64,000 nt of DNA from Lama guanicoe (GCA_013239625.1 MU054187.1:12379325-12443324), one strand, 5' to 3'. Positions 12,028-25,959 are shown, counted from the first letter of the stretch. Numbers and translations are program-made. The notes: generated by a model from the sequence alone, not told the origin.

Positions 12028-12800
12028 AAAAGTTCATGTTCTGGCCTGTAAACATACCTAATATGTGAATTAGTTCTCAATAAAACAGTTTTTTCAGAAA
12101 GTTCATATACTTTTTATTCCTTACTCTTCTTTTTGGGCTTTTTTCTTTTAAATACAGTTGAGCTTGTATTGTATATAAAATTTTATATTCTGCTTTTTTT
12201 CCACTAAGTATTATATCGTTCACATTTTATATATGTCATTAAAAACGCTGTTACTTTTCTTTTTACAGCTTTCCAATATCCCGTCATATGGCTGTACTAT
12301 AATGTATTAACCATCTCCTAATTTGGGATATTCGTGTTACAGCACAGTGTGTTTTTGCCACCACGCTGCCTTAATTCCGTCTGCTTGGATCCATGCAAAG
12401 GCTGAGATTTCTTTATAGTTTTTAATTGAATCCTCTGAAGTACAGAGATTGCAAGATGAAAAAAAATTTTTTCCCTTATTGCTGCCATGTGTTAAGTGGT
12501 CTTTTAGTGATGTAAGTTGTAATTCATTCTTTTTTGAGATCTCACTGCTAAAGGTAGGGGAGAAATTAACATTTACTGAATCCAGGGTCTTTTGTAAAGA
12601 TTATTATAGGTCATCCACCCAGTGAGGTAATGACCATCCCACTTCGTGTAATAATAAGCTGAGACTCAAAGGAACCAAGTGACTGTCTAACAACATGCAG
12701 CACTGGGGTTTCAATCGGGTCTTACCTCCCCCGATCTGTCCCCGGCCATCGTGTTCAGCATACTTTGGCCCCAAAGACACTCTTGCACTTCCCTCATCAT

Positions 12801-13211
12801 TTTTTTTTTTAAATGAAGTCTAGTTGATTTACAATATTATATTTGTTTCAGGTGTCCAGCATAGTGATTCAGTATTTTTAAAGAGTATACTCTTTTTAAA
12901 GTTATTACAAAATAATGGCTATATTTCCCTGTGCTGTACAACATATCCTTGCGGCTTATTTATTTCATACATAGTAGTTTGTATGGCTTAATCCCCTACC
13001 CCTATCTTACCCTTTCCCCCTTCTGTCTCCCCACTGGTAACCACTGGTTTGTTCTCTACAGCTGTGAGTCTGTTTCTGTTTCGTCATATACATTTGTTTG
13101 TTTTTATTTTTTGGAGTCCACGTGTCAAGTGATAACATCAAGTATTTGTCTTTCTCCTCTCACTTACTTCACTGAGCATAAGGCCCTCCGGGTCCACCTA
13201 CGTTGCTGCAT
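12801..13211 (-). mobile_element. 5'-truncated L1 (3' UTR)
   Basis: Poly-T, then gaagtctagttgatttacaatatt...ggctatatttccctgtgctgtac...ctgtgagtctgtttctg. Confidence 0.92.
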
Positions 13212-13362
13212 CTTGAATCCTCTTTGCCGCTCTCTCTTCTTGGCAGTGCCTTGGTCTCTCCTGCAACTAGCATCTCTTTTCTTCATAAGGGTTCCTTGAT
13301 GCGCAGCACATAGTTTGTTTTCCAAAGGATAAATAAATGAAGGACTATTTCAATGCTTACAG

Positions 13363-13715
13363 CAGGGGTCAGAAAATTTTTTCTGTAAAGGGCCGGATAG
13401 TGACCATTCTCGCCTTCGTGGAACATATGATCTCATACGTATGACATCATACGTGACAGTCCCAATTACCCACCCCTGCCTTTGTGGTGGGAGAGCAGCC
13501 ACCTACCGTACATGACAATGGATGTGGCTGTGCTCCAATAAACTTTTATTTAGGGACACTCAAATTTGAATTTCACGTAATGTTCATTTCTCACAAAATA
13601 TTCTTTTTTTGATTTTTTCCCTTCATCTATTTAAAAATGTACAAATCATTCCTAGCTCAGGGGCAGTAAAAAAAAAAACAAAAGGGCCTGGTGGGCCATA
13701 GTTGGCTGACTCCCC
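13363..13715 (+). mobile_element. MER58-type hAT-Charlie MITE
   Basis: caggggtcagaaaattttttctgtaaagggcc...ggctgtgctccaataaac...ggccatagttggctgactccc, with terminal inverted repeats. Confidence 0.85.
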
Positions 13716-14929
13716 TCCCCCACATGGGCCTGGTATTCACTGTAAGGCTTGCTGTGGCTGCTGTGCGAGGTGACTGAGTGATGGAGTGTATGTGGGTCAT
13801 GCCCACGGGCTCCATTAGGACAATTCTAAAGGATGCACATAAAATAAAGATCTCAGCCAATAAACCCCTAGTACATTAATGTTTGTGAGAATAGGTAGTA
13901 AGTGATGTCAGAAATGCATCTCCTGAGACCAGGCAACAGTGAGTCCCCTCCAATGGCAGTGATCAGTTAGCATTCCCATTTCCCTTAGTGCGGGGATGGT
14001 ATGTCTTGTTATCTCCACCTACATTCTAACCACATGCCTAAAAGTCTCACACCCTGGCCTCTCTGTACCTTGCAGTTTTCCCCTGGAAAGATGGCCCATC
14101 GCTATGTCAGCCTCTTGCCTGTGGCCATACTTCAGACTTTAAAGCTTAAACTGGCTTCCTCCCCACCTTATACCTCCGCTTTCTTTCCCCTCACCCTTCT
14201 TGCTGCCTCAAGTCCAACAATCCTTCCACTCCATTGGCGCTTATAATTATCTGCTTCTAATACCTGTCACTGTCCTTCACCCAAATCCAGTCTTCACTTT
14301 CCTCCTTATCCAGCCTAAACTTCAAGGTCAGTCCTGATACTCTCTCCCTTGCTTAGGCCATCACGGTTTGGTTTTCAGCAACTGGGTGGTGTCTTCAACT
14401 CAGACAGGAAACAACGGTAGAAAAAGATGTTGAGTTAAACCCCACACCCTTCCCCATAGCCTGGTGATGCCTTCAGTGCTAAGGGGTTTGTGTGTCACTC
14501 TGGCCTTGAGCATTTCTCTGAGGACTGCCTACTCCCTGGCCTAAATCTGGGTCCACAGCTCATCTGCTCCTCCAAGGCACAATCAGAGGAGGGAATGTGA
14601 ATGGTGTCAGAGTTTCCAGGATTATCTGGGCCACTATCTCCATTTCTCTCAGCTCTTTCAGATATGTTTTTCATGAAAGAAATCTAGGCAGAGAAAAAAA
14701 GTGGATACCAGGTACACAGCAAAAGCTCTTCTCTGTCTGTAGTTGGATAATTTGGGCTTTCTGGGCTGAGAAAAGAGATGACCTAATACTTCCTACTGGG
14801 AAATAACAGGTTTGGGAAATAGACAAGTGATTCTCATCTACCGCAACTGATAAGGTGAACCAAGACGCTCTTAAAAATACTCAACGTACGTCAGAGCAAG
14901 CCAAAGGTATAAATCATATAACACAATTT

Positions 14930-15200
14930 TGATGACCAATAAAAGCATTCTTATTAAAGGAAACTAATCTTAGAAAAAAATTAATGGCTTTTAAACATAA
15001 CTGTTAAGATTAATAGAGAAAGAAAAGGTATTATACTTTTATGTTTGATGTCTATGAAGCATTCAGATAGTTACATGAAATTGTACTGGATAAATCAATT
15101 CAAATTGATTTAGTTTTGGGTACTTGTGAATAAACTAAGAACTGGCTAAAAGACCAGCAGATTATGTGGTCTTGCTTCGAGATAATGATACGCATTGTGA
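14930..15200 (+). mobile_element. Ancient CR1/L3-type LINE reverse transcriptase relic
   Basis: Translates to FDVYEAFR*LHEIVLDK...TKNWLKDQQ, resembling CR1 RT 'LDFSKAFD..H.IL..KL...I.NWL.DR.Q'. Confidence 0.55.
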
Positions 15201-15269
15201 ACTCCAATATGGGGCATGCTGTGAACCAGAAAGCTTTAGTGTGTGGTTCTTTTATCTACGGTTATTATT

Positions 15270-15400
15270 TGATACAAGTTCCTGGAGGGCAGGGTCCATG
15301 ACTGTGAATCAATTTGTCTTTTTATTTCTTGTGCCTAGTCCTGTGCCTGACATATGGTTAGCTGCATAAACACACCTGGAGTGAATGATGAATGAATGTG
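15270..15400 (+). mobile_element. L2 3' end
   Basis: gttcctggagggcaggg...gtgcctag...gtgcctgacatatgg...gaatgatgaatgaatg. Confidence 0.7.
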
Positions 15401-17954
15401 ATCATGAAGGTGAGACACTGCAAAATCTTGAATTGGCTTTTAAACCATTAAAGAAAGCCTAAATTATATTCAGTGTGCCTTATTTTCTAATTCTTTGGCC
15501 ATTGTTAATCTGTTATCATGTCTAATGGTAAATTCTCAATTAAATATGATACTCTTATTTTCTCACCCAGCTGAAAATTAAAGTTTATTGACATACCATT
15601 AGATGGCAGATCCAGTGTTAATATTTCTATAGGTGGCCTTAAGGTACTAAATATCTTTAGTTTTCAGTGGAAAAAATCAAGAGCATTTCATTAAAACAGA
15701 GAAACTAATAAAATTAGGAACTGATGAAAATTAAACTGAGACATATGAATCTTGAAATATATAACTTTTACTTTAAAAAGGAAGATTAAAAATATTATCA
15801 AATATAGAACTATATCTGAGTGTAAGCAGAGATATGTTCACATGAACACTTTATTAAAACTGAGTATATAAAGTACCATATCTTCTTTTTATCTGTTAAT
15901 CTTACATTTCTGTTTAAAAGCAGTTAATCTTTTCTCAGACTAATTCTCTCTTAGTATGAGTACTTATATTGTTCAGCAAAATAGTGCCATGCTGGTTATG
16001 CATTCTAGTACTAAAAGCCGAGAAAATAGCTCGATAACATACTCCTTGAATGTTCAAAAAACCTTTGCAAACTCTCTTAACGTTCTGAGTTGAGTAGTTA
16101 TTTCCCACTGTTTGTACAAACAGGTGCACCCTTTGCCAGCCCTGGGCCCCTGTTCTATTTCCCTCAATTTACTGCAGCAAACTATTTATCCTGGAAGTAG
16201 GCAATAGGAGGAAGGTGCCCAAGAGCAGCCCTGTGAACCCAAATTTCATGACCTGCGTGTGAAATATCCTACCAAACCACTAGTCTACATTCATTCTACA
16301 GGAAGTCAAACCAGGCAGGGTGCACCTGGATACCGTGGCTTCTCCAGCTTGCTAAGTTGGATACTTCTGGTCAGGTATAGAAAAATATCACAAACATATG
16401 TCACAGGAACCAGTTTACATAAACCTGCCCACACTAAGGCTATTTCAGTGAAAATGGAGAAAGTCTAAGATCGTCAGTATTTCAATAAAATATACTTTAC
16501 TATCTGATTACAAAATGACATAAAAATATGGCAAAAGTAGCAAGAAAACTAACAGAATTCTCATGTAGACATAAGTATCATAAGACTATGATGCTTCCCT
16601 CCTCAAAGAGTATGATATTTTTCCTGAAAATTTTCTTAAAAATGCCTTTGCTGTTGTATGTGTAAAAATTTTTTTTAAAGGAAAACATTACAATGTATCT
16701 GGAAATCTTTAATTTCCAGCTGTTCCACTGTCAGTGATGATGGGAGACAGGAACTTGGTTTAGCAGTTTGCCTGAAGCAAGCAGCAGAGCACCTGTTCTG
16801 TAGGGCAGATCGCTCAGGAAGCAGTGTGCCCTCTGCGTGGAATCCACCCCATGCCACGTGGAACTAATTTGCTTCAAAAAAAAAAAAAGTCTAGAATAAA
16901 ATATACCACTCTATCTCAGTTACTTTCTTGTGGGACACTATGTGTTTTGCACGATTTTCAGTCTAAAATTAGAAGGATGAAGAGTTCTTGTGGCTAATGT
17001 CGATCTTTAATCATCTTGGATTCTCTGCATTTCAGGCCTTAGCAATTTCAAATTTCCAATGGGCACTTTTACTGCTTTCTGCCAAAGCAGGTTCGACTGG
17101 GTCAGGCTAAGTACAAGGCACACCCATTTACCGTCAGGAATTACAAACGCACAATTTTAAGATGTTTTGTTGCAATGTTATAACAGGCTCAGTTATATTT
17201 GAAACCTGATTAAAATGATGTATCTGGCGACTGGGACGTGAGGCTGAGCAGCAGCCTCTCGAATTGCTCATACTAAATGCTGTTTCTCTGCTGGTGCACA
17301 TGATTGTCCTAGCGGTGACAAGCCTTTCAATTAAACAGAGCTACTTCAGTGTGCCCCTGTAAGAAGGGAGGAGTGCTGTAAATATGTTACAATTCCACTT
17401 AAATTATGCATCTCTCTTTCAACTTCCTTTTCTCCCTCTGTTTCATCTTTTCTTTCTTCCTTTTTTATTTTCAAATTTATGCTCCTTTCAAGACTAAAGT
17501 CGTTTGCTATACAAGAAGTACAGAGTAGTGATAGCTGTAAACTCACCCTTAATCTTGTTTGACATTTCACTCTCTTCTCATACAGAGACTCACATTTATT
17601 AAAAAGGAATAATAGGAAATATGAAACAATTACAATTCATCTCAAGTGGAGAGTAAAAACAATAACAAATCTGAAGCTTTAAATTTTAATCATCAAATCG
17701 AAGAACAAAAAGATTAAAGACTGAGAACACAAAAATAGCAGCAAAAGATGATTTGTAATTTCAGGACAATGTCAATTTTAGTACATTTAAAATTTTTCTG
17801 GCCAAAAGGCCTTTGCTTTTGCATTTTAAAATTTACACAAATAAAATGAGGTAAAAAGGAAAACCTTTTACTCCCTTGAGGGAAATGGTATAAAATTACA
17901 GTTACTTGATAATTGCTTTTAACTTTAAATAATTGCCTTTACTTTTACAACAGA

Positions 17955-18197
17955 ACTATTTTTTTATAGCTTTATTAAGGGATATTGCCATACAAGAAAA
18001 CACAAGTGATTATGGCGTACAATTTGACAATCTGTGATCTGTATATCCTTGAAACCACCACCTTGGTGAAGACAGTGAACATACCCACCACCTCCAAGAG
18101 TTTCCTTGTGTCCCTTGATAATTCCTCCCTCAGCTCCCTCCTAAATACCCTCTTCCTCAGGGCAACCACTGAAGTGTTTGCTGTCACTGTAGGTTAG
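17955..18197 (-). mobile_element. Old L1 3' end
   Basis: tagctttattaaggg...tgaaaccaccacc...tttccttgtgtccctt...ggcaaccactga. Confidence 0.75.
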
Positions 18198-18206
18198 CTC
18201 AGCACT

Positions 18207-18357
18207 GAGTCATCGCTCCTCAGCATCCACCAGTGATTTGTTCCAGGACCCCTGTGGGTTTTCCCTTATTTAAAATGGTGTAGGACCGTCAGCCCCCGGT
18301 ATCCCCGGATTCTCCATCAGCAGGTTCTACATCTGCAGATACCGAGGGCTGACTGTA
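18207..18357. mobile_element. TcMar-Tigger MITE (MER2/MER8-like)
   Basis: gttccaggacccc...cccttatttaaaatggtgtag...gcagataccgagggctgactgta. Confidence 0.7.
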
Positions 18358-20999
18358 CTTTTAATTAGCTATAACAACTAAAATCGTCATTTCCACTCAA
18401 TTAAAAAAAAATTTGTTTTGTTTCCTAACTGGAAGAAAAAGTAATAATGCTGGAGTGAGGTGCATGATACACAGGTCATTAGAAAGCACCCTTAATTGAG
18501 TGATGATTTTGCATATTATTTTTTACTCCACAGCCTAACGCTAATTGGATTAAAGAGTAAAGAATCCAGGAAATGAAGTAAAAGAGGAGGAGTGTTGATT
18601 TTAATAAATAGGGTTTTTCTTTCCTGTCTCATCTGTCACCTTATTTCTAATTAATAAGTGGATTTTTTCCCTTCTTTTTTAATTAATAAATGGATTTTAA
18701 AAACCTGGCCAAAAATGGAGATCTCCGCTGACAATTGTTTCAAATAAACAGTATGTTTAAAAAAAAAAATCAGCTGTATGTTGGATCCATGTCAATAATA
18801 AAATAAAGTGAACTGTGCAAATAACATTAAAACACCACCTAAGTGCTCTCTTACGAAAGTACAAGTTTATCCTAACCCATTATTACAACATGCACATGTA
18901 AAAATTATGTTTGCATATAAGTAAATATTGGCTGAGGGTGCTAAAAACTGTAGCAGTTCAATTCTGATGGTTTGTAGACGTACCTGTACATTTTGCATTT
19001 TGTTTTTAATTAAATAAATATTTTTGTAATGAATGTATAATCAATACTTTGTTTCTATCCCTTCCCAATTTACATTATTCTGGTGAAGTTGAAGATATGC
19101 TTCTGCATTTTGAGTGTTTTTGTAAGATGTGATCTCTCAAGTAAACCCAATACTTCGTTTTATAAACCGCACATTTTTCATCCTCCTGACATCACCAAAT
19201 GAAAATGCTGTACATTGGAACATAAAAGAGAGACCCAACTTAGTTGGAATGATAATGTATGTAGCACTAATGCCGTTTATCGATCATCATGAAGGGGTTG
19301 CTTTTTGCTTACTGCAGCTCTTCTACGGTAGAGCAAGAAGCAGAAATACAGTGTTTGTGAAAAGTGGTTGCACTAAAATGCTGTCATGGAGTGAATGCCT
19401 CTACCATACTCTCACAAAGCGAATTAATTAGTTTTTCACAGAATGAACTGTTAGTTATTTGGGCTATGTGTATTTCAACTCTTGAAAATGCAGACAATGT
19501 TAATAGTAATAAATCTATGTAGACCTCATGGCCTAATGTATATATTTATGCACCAACTTGTATGTGAATTTTAATTAAAATATGTCCCAAATAGTTTATT
19601 AATTCCAATCACTTTTTACATAGTTTTGAGAGATTGCAGAGACCAACCTAATTTACTAAAATATTTTAATTCATGGATAAGTCCTGTATTGTTACTGCAT
19701 TTATACTACTTGCTCATACAGATAACTGAAAGAACACAGCCAAGTCCAATTTCATCACTAGTTTCGAATTTGCTAACCATTTCCCTGACATTTGAGACCA
19801 AGGTAGACAGTTTCGATTTATAAATTAAATATTTCTGTGAATCTGGTACAATGGGAAGTACAGGACTTTGAGTGAAAAAAAAAAACAACAAAAACAACAG
19901 AGTAGATATGATGTCTTTCTCTACAGGATTTCAGAAGATAAGATTTTCATTTCAGATAGGCACTAGGCCAAGCAAAGTCCACACCTTCAAATTTTGGAAA
20001 CCCTGGGATTAAGTCACAAAAACAGGAGAAATGCTGGACTCTCAACAATTAAAATTATAACGTACCTTCTTTTTAATGACAATTTCAGATTTATATGTTT
20101 TTATACCCCTGGTAATGAATTTAGATTTGGCCAACATGCTTCAAATTAATAGGTAACTATGATTCAATGTACTTTTTTTTTCCTCTGAAATTAAATTCTG
20201 TATGTTCCAAATAGTATATTCGTTCTAGCCACTGTTTACATAGTTTTGAATAAGATAGTAGTGACCAATCTAATTTACTGAAATATTTTTATTCATATAT
20301 TTTGGGTTAAGTCCCAGATTTTTAACAAAAACCAGTTTATTTTCATCAATTTCCTTGAGAGATTTGTGTGTTGCTTGGGAATTCTGCTGTTCCTCTATTG
20401 ATTAGAAGCTATAATTCCATTAAGTAAACTGAGAAAGCACATCACAAACTGATGTTAGCCATAGGTATTTTCTTACATATCTGTTTTTTGAAAAAGCTGA
20501 ACGGGATATCTATATTTTACTTGGTAATATCTCAATTTCCTCAATAAGTAAGTCAGTAAATTGAATTTATAGTTTATTTTGCCTTTCCTCCCATCAAATT
20601 ATATGGATAAGAAATAATGTGGTCTCATAACGTAATTCTATTTCCAAGAGAAAGAACATGCAAGTCTATAAAATAATAGTCAATAGTATTTTGTCAAAAT
20701 ATATTTATTGAGCACATACAGTATGCAGGGCACTGTAGGGGTGATAGAAACATTTTGTCTCATGCCCTTGTGTTCAAAAAGAACATCTTTAAAGAAAGAG
20801 ATATGGATAGAATTTAGGTATGGATGCATGTTTAGGCAGGTCAAATAAAGACCATGTTTTCTGATCTATGTATCAAAAGTAGCTTTGGTGGAGCCACACA
20901 TGTCAATAGAGGGCCTCTGGATTTAGACATTTTCAAAGTAATCATGTTAAAAATAAGCTACAAGCCTCAAAAACTTAAGATTTGAGTGGTGATGGGATG

Positions 21000-21440
21000 A
21001 GGGGTCCAATATGGACAGGCAGGTGGCGGTCAGATCATAGGTGGTCTACATTCTTTAAGCAATAATTCAGCTATTTAAGAGTTTCAAAGCAGAGAGCAAT
21101 TTTCCAGGCATAGACAGTAAGAATCTGAATTTAGAAACAGTGCTTTGACTAGAGAGGAGAGTCTGAGGTGGTAAGGGAGCATAATTGTCAAAAGGCTTGA
21201 TCACTGACTGAACGTGACTGGTGACAAAGGTCTCCAGGTTTCTGGCTTGGGCGATGGGATGGATGAAGTAACCATCCCTCAAAGAGAGGGGCTAGGGAGA
21301 GAAGCGCACATGGAAGAGAAGATTATCCCTTTTGGATATGTTGAGTTTGAAGTAATTTGGGGGACTTTTTAGATAAAAGTTCCACCAGGCAGTCAGGTCC
21401 TTTGGAACTTCAGGCGAGGATTAAAGATTACAGATTCAAT
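21000..21440 (-). mobile_element. L2 fragment
   Basis: ctccaggtttctggcttggg...ttggatatgttgagtttga...ggaacttcaggcgag. Confidence 0.7.
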
Positions 21441-21774
21441 GAAATAATGAGACTCATTAGCGTATATGGACATGTGTTCAGGGGTACTGCATGGTACATA
21501 CATATAACAGTTATATTTTTCATGAGTTAAGTTGTTTCTAATTGATATTATTCCTCTTCTGCTACAAAGATGTAGAGAGGGTTGGCCAGAATCAAACATT
21601 CATAGGAAAAATGTAAGTTCATTAAGTCACCCAGATAGCTTGAAATAGTGTAATTTTGCAACTGTGAAGACAAAACATCTGGGTGATCAGATGAATTTTT
21701 CGTTTTCCACCTAATTGTTTTAAAGTTAGATACTCCTTCAGTAGTCTGCTGTCACCATGGTAACTTTATACTAT

Positions 21775-21829
21775 GTGTGTGTGTATATATGTACTACGTA
21801 TGTATATATATATATATATACACACACAC
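21775..21829. repeat. Compound (TG)n(TA)n(CA)n microsatellite
   Basis: Seen directly. Confidence 0.9.
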
Positions 21830-22869
21830 TTTGCTTTTGCTACATAGGGATTATCTGAAAGCCATTTTGGATTTAAAAATCACAATTACAATTCTACTTT
21901 CTATTTGTTCAGAGAATTTCACTCCATTGTTGTGTTGTTACCAGAATTTCTGAGTTTTCCTCACTATTTTTTAATTCCAGAATTTTTGTTAAGAATAATC
22001 TGTAATTCAAAACTCTTCTTTCTTCTAGGATTTTTTTCTGCCCACTGTATTTTCCTAAAGTATTCATTTTATTCTTTCTTCTTCCTCTCTTTTATTTAAT
22101 CATTAAATTATCTTATTTTATTTGGCTTTATACTGAAATAACCCAATATATTACACTGACCTCACCAAAGCTAGACATATGTACAGCATTTACTTAATTG
22201 AACCTTTCTGGCTTGTCTTGTTCTATATTTAAGCCTCCATTATGCAATGCTATTTACTTGATTTATTGGATTTGGCTTACATGTTTTATAAATTGTGACT
22301 GTTGGGAAAATTTTAAAGAGATTGACTTGGCCTGAGTGGGGAGTTTTATATTGAGGACTCATTGCCATTGAAGTTACATTTGTTTAAAAAAATATCCATT
22401 TTAAGAAAGACCTTGATCTAGGAGTATATAACACAGGCTACCAAAAGCTAGGACGAAAGATTTCTCCCAGTTTTTTTTTTCCCCAATATTAGAATTTGTT
22501 TAAAATCTCTACTTAAGATTAAGTCTATGTGATACCAAACACCAGGGTGAGGGGTTAGAAATTCAGTCACTGAGATGTTTCAGAATATCTGAATAGAAGG
22601 CATTCTGTGGGCCCTACATTTAAATGGTTTTCTGTGTTGCCCTCTTTCCATCCAGAAATGTGGGCTTCTGCCGAAGTCCTTTTCTAAGGCTACGTTTATG
22701 TAAAATAGGTAGCGTAATTGTTACCTCGTTAACAAAGTTTAACGAGCATTTCTTGTTAAATAACTTAATATCCTCTGATGAAAGAGACTAATTCAACATA
22801 AAACACTGCTTTTGCTTTTACCTGTGGTTTGAATGATTAATTTTGAACGGCTTTTGCTATACTTAGTAG

Positions 22870-23370
22870 TGTATGGGATGTCACTATGTGCCAAGAACTG
22901 TGCTAAGTGCTAGGGAGTCAAAACTAAATTAAACACAGTCCTTGCCCTTAAGAAGCTCACAGACACATGATGAGGTAATGGTGACATTAACAAGGTGTAA
23001 TGGTGACATTATCAAGGTGCAGTGGTGATGTTCAAGAAGGACAGTGGACACCAGTGGAGAAGGGGGTCAGGGAAAACTTTGGGAAGAGGTGATGCTCCAA
23101 CTGAGCCTCATAAGAGATTTGGATCTATTCCATCAGCCAGATGGGGAAGGCATTCTGGGAGAGGAAACAGCACAAATGGAGATGTGATGCCTCATCACTC
23201 ATTCAGTCATGCAACAAATATTTCCTGAGCAAGTTCTATGTGCTGTGAATAGAAGACACAGCTTTGTGTCAAGAAGTGCACTGTCTGGAGGGGATGTAAG
23301 ACTTAATAAGCAGATGTCAACACAGTACCATAAATATAATAATGGAGGGACTCACAGTGTGAACTGGAGC
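22870..23370 (-). mobile_element. L2 fragments
   Basis: ctatgtgccaagaactgtgctaagtgctaggg...gtccttgccctta; cattcagtcatgcaacaaatatttcctgagc. Confidence 0.65.
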
Positions 23371-23704
23371 TCAGGGGAGGGACTGCCCATCCAGATTCCT
23401 CATCCAGCTTGACTGAAACTATCACTCCACTTGGAGATTCCTGCTGCCCTTCTCCGAGATACAGCCTCCTCGATCCAGCCTGAGTTGACTCCATTCAGTC
23501 TGACACTGTAATTTGGTTTTCAGTGTTACCTTTCAGAGTGCCTGCCCTGCACTGTTACTCCCCAGCCCTGAGTCCACCTCTCCCAGTTGCCCCTGAGGTC
23601 TCAGTATGCTTTGTGGTCAGGACTTCAGAATTAAGACGTGAAAAGAGAGTCAAAAGACTCAAAGGCCTAGAGGAGCCACTGAGAGACTGACTGGTCGTGT
23701 AGCC

Positions 23705-23840
23705 TCTGTTGTCTCCAAACCAGCAGCACCATCTTATCCGGAAGCTTGTTAGAAATGCAACATCGCAGACCCCTTCTCACACCCAGTTTTAATGGGATCC
23801 CCAGGGGATTAATGTTCCCATTAAAGCTGAGACCCCCTGG
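23705..23840. mobile_element. MER5-type hAT MITE
   Basis: accagcagcaccatc...gcttgttagaaatgca...gatccccagggga. Confidence 0.7.
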
Positions 23841-24103
23841 TCCAGCTCACACATTCAGGGACAGTTCTATATAAGTCAATCTAAATGGATGGAAGTCTAT
23901 TCTTAGGGCTGAAGAGAACATTTACCAATTTTCTTAGGCACAGTAGTCCTCACTTGGATGTATATGTACATAAATCCCTCAAGCAACATATCTGAAACCT
24001 TACTTTCACTTTTGTTCTAAATTCAGTGGAGATGAAAATGGACAGTCATCATTCTGCATATTAACTGTTCATATATATATTAACTGTTCAAAATATATAT
24101 ATA

Positions 24104-24795
24104 TTTTAAATTGAGTTATAGTCGGTTTACAATGTGTCAATTTCTGATGTAGAGCACAATTTTTCAGTCATACATGAATATACATATATTCATTTTCACA
24201 TTCTTTTTCACCATGAGCTACCACAAGATCTTGTATATATTTCCCTGTGCTATACAGTATAAACTTGTTTATCTATTCTATATATACCTGTCAGTATCTA
24301 CAAATTTCAAACTCCCAGTCTGTCCCTTCCCATCCCCCTCCCCTCAGCAACCACAAGTTTGTATTCTATGTCTGTGAGTCTGTTTCTGTTTTATATTTAA
24401 GTTAATTTGTCTTTTTGTTTTTAAATTCCATCTATGAGTGATATCACATGGTATTTTTCTTTCTCTTTCTGGCTTACTTCACTTAGAATGACATTCTCCA
24501 GGGACATCCATGTTGCTGTAAATGGCATTATGTTGTCATTTTTATGGCTGAATAGTATTCCATTGCATAAATATACCACAACTTCTTTATCCAGTCATCT
24601 GTTGATGGACATTTAGGCTGTTTCCATGACTTGGCTATTGTAAATAGTGTGGCTATGAACATTGGGGTGCTGGTGTCTTTTTGAATTAGGGTTCCTTCTG
24701 GATATATGCCCAGGATTGGGATTCCTGGGTCATACAGTAAGTCTATTCTTAGTCTTTTGAGGAATCTCCATATTGTTTTCCACAGTGGCTGGACC
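24104..24795 (-). mobile_element. Relatively young 5'-truncated L1 (ORF2 C-terminus plus 3' UTR)
   Basis: ORF 24528-24797 (VQPLWKTIWRFLKRL...[42 protein letters not shown]) is the L1 ORF2 C-terminus. Confidence 0.96.
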
Positions 24796-25959
24796 AACCA
24801 TTCATATATTTTTTAAGTGATTTCCTTAGCTCAAAATTAATTTGAAAAAGCCTTCCTTTGCACAACAAGGGAAATTTCTTAGGAAATTTTGCTAACTTAA
24901 ACAGCACGTGCCTAATTGTGAAATGCAGGGTCAAATTTTTCCTCTGAGCAGTATTTATTTTCTTGTAATGCTATTTTGTCAACAGTTACTTCTGTTTTGC
25001 ATAAAGTGTCCTAGAATGTTGCAGTCCTCACATTCTAAGGATTTTTTTCTTTCCCCTGAAGTCTTTGGCAATCACTATAACCAGTCACTTCTGCTGGAGA
25101 ATGATTCCGTCTTGCCCTGTGGTAGGGAATGGCTTGCCTTATACCTCTTCTGGGCCACCACAATGCCTAGCATAGTGCTACCAAGATGGTAAGATGATTA
25201 GAGATAGGATTCCAATAACCCACATTTTATAATCTTAGTGCCTGCCCTCAATTAAAGTAGTGGTATTAACTTAAGATAGGGCATGTATGGATGGGCACCC
25301 ATATGTGGTACATTTCCAAAAAAAAAGCTTGAAAATTCTTTTTACTAGCAAAAACATAGTAAATGTAAAATTTTTAGGCTTTCTTCAAAGACAGGAGTGT
25401 ATTACAATAGTAGGCATAATACATTCCTCTCTTTATTCTGTAACTTAAAGGAATCATAATCTTTAGACAGCAGTGATTCTCTGCATATTTGTACACATTT
25501 TTGTAACTTCTTCAAGGACATGAACACTCTGCCTCAGGCAACCTGCCCTGTTCATAGCTCCTTGGATCTGTCTTACACAGGCCCATTCTGTACCTTGGGT
25601 TTACAGATCCTTTGCCTGGAGGGCCTTACCCTGTCCTCTCCATCTGTGTATGTCCTTCTTTCAAGATTCAGTTCAAGTCTGAACATCTCCAATAAATTCC
25701 TGTTCAATTAACTGAACTCTTAGTAATTCATCTCTCTTCTGATTTTCATACCTTTCTATTAATTTAGCCCTTAGTCTATGTTGTTATTGTTCAGTGAAAT
25801 TGATACTTCTTCAGGGCACTGCCCCGTATGGTGGAAAGGATGATTAGGGAAATCTACCTTAAGGATCCTGGAAGCTCTTTATTTCCCACCAAAGAGTTTT
25901 TCTTTCGTGGACAAGATTAAATTTCTTAAAACTACAGTTCTCAAATTCTGATTTATCCT

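Noticed and set aside
12931..13299. 122-aa ORF
   Set aside because: Mostly antisense L1 3' UTR
18648..18698. 19-bp direct repeat taattaataa(g/a)tggatttt
   Set aside because: AT-rich low complexity; probably trivial slippage
22975..23040. Short direct repeats as a CRISPR-like array
   Set aside because: No spacers, mammalian context; ordinary minisatellite
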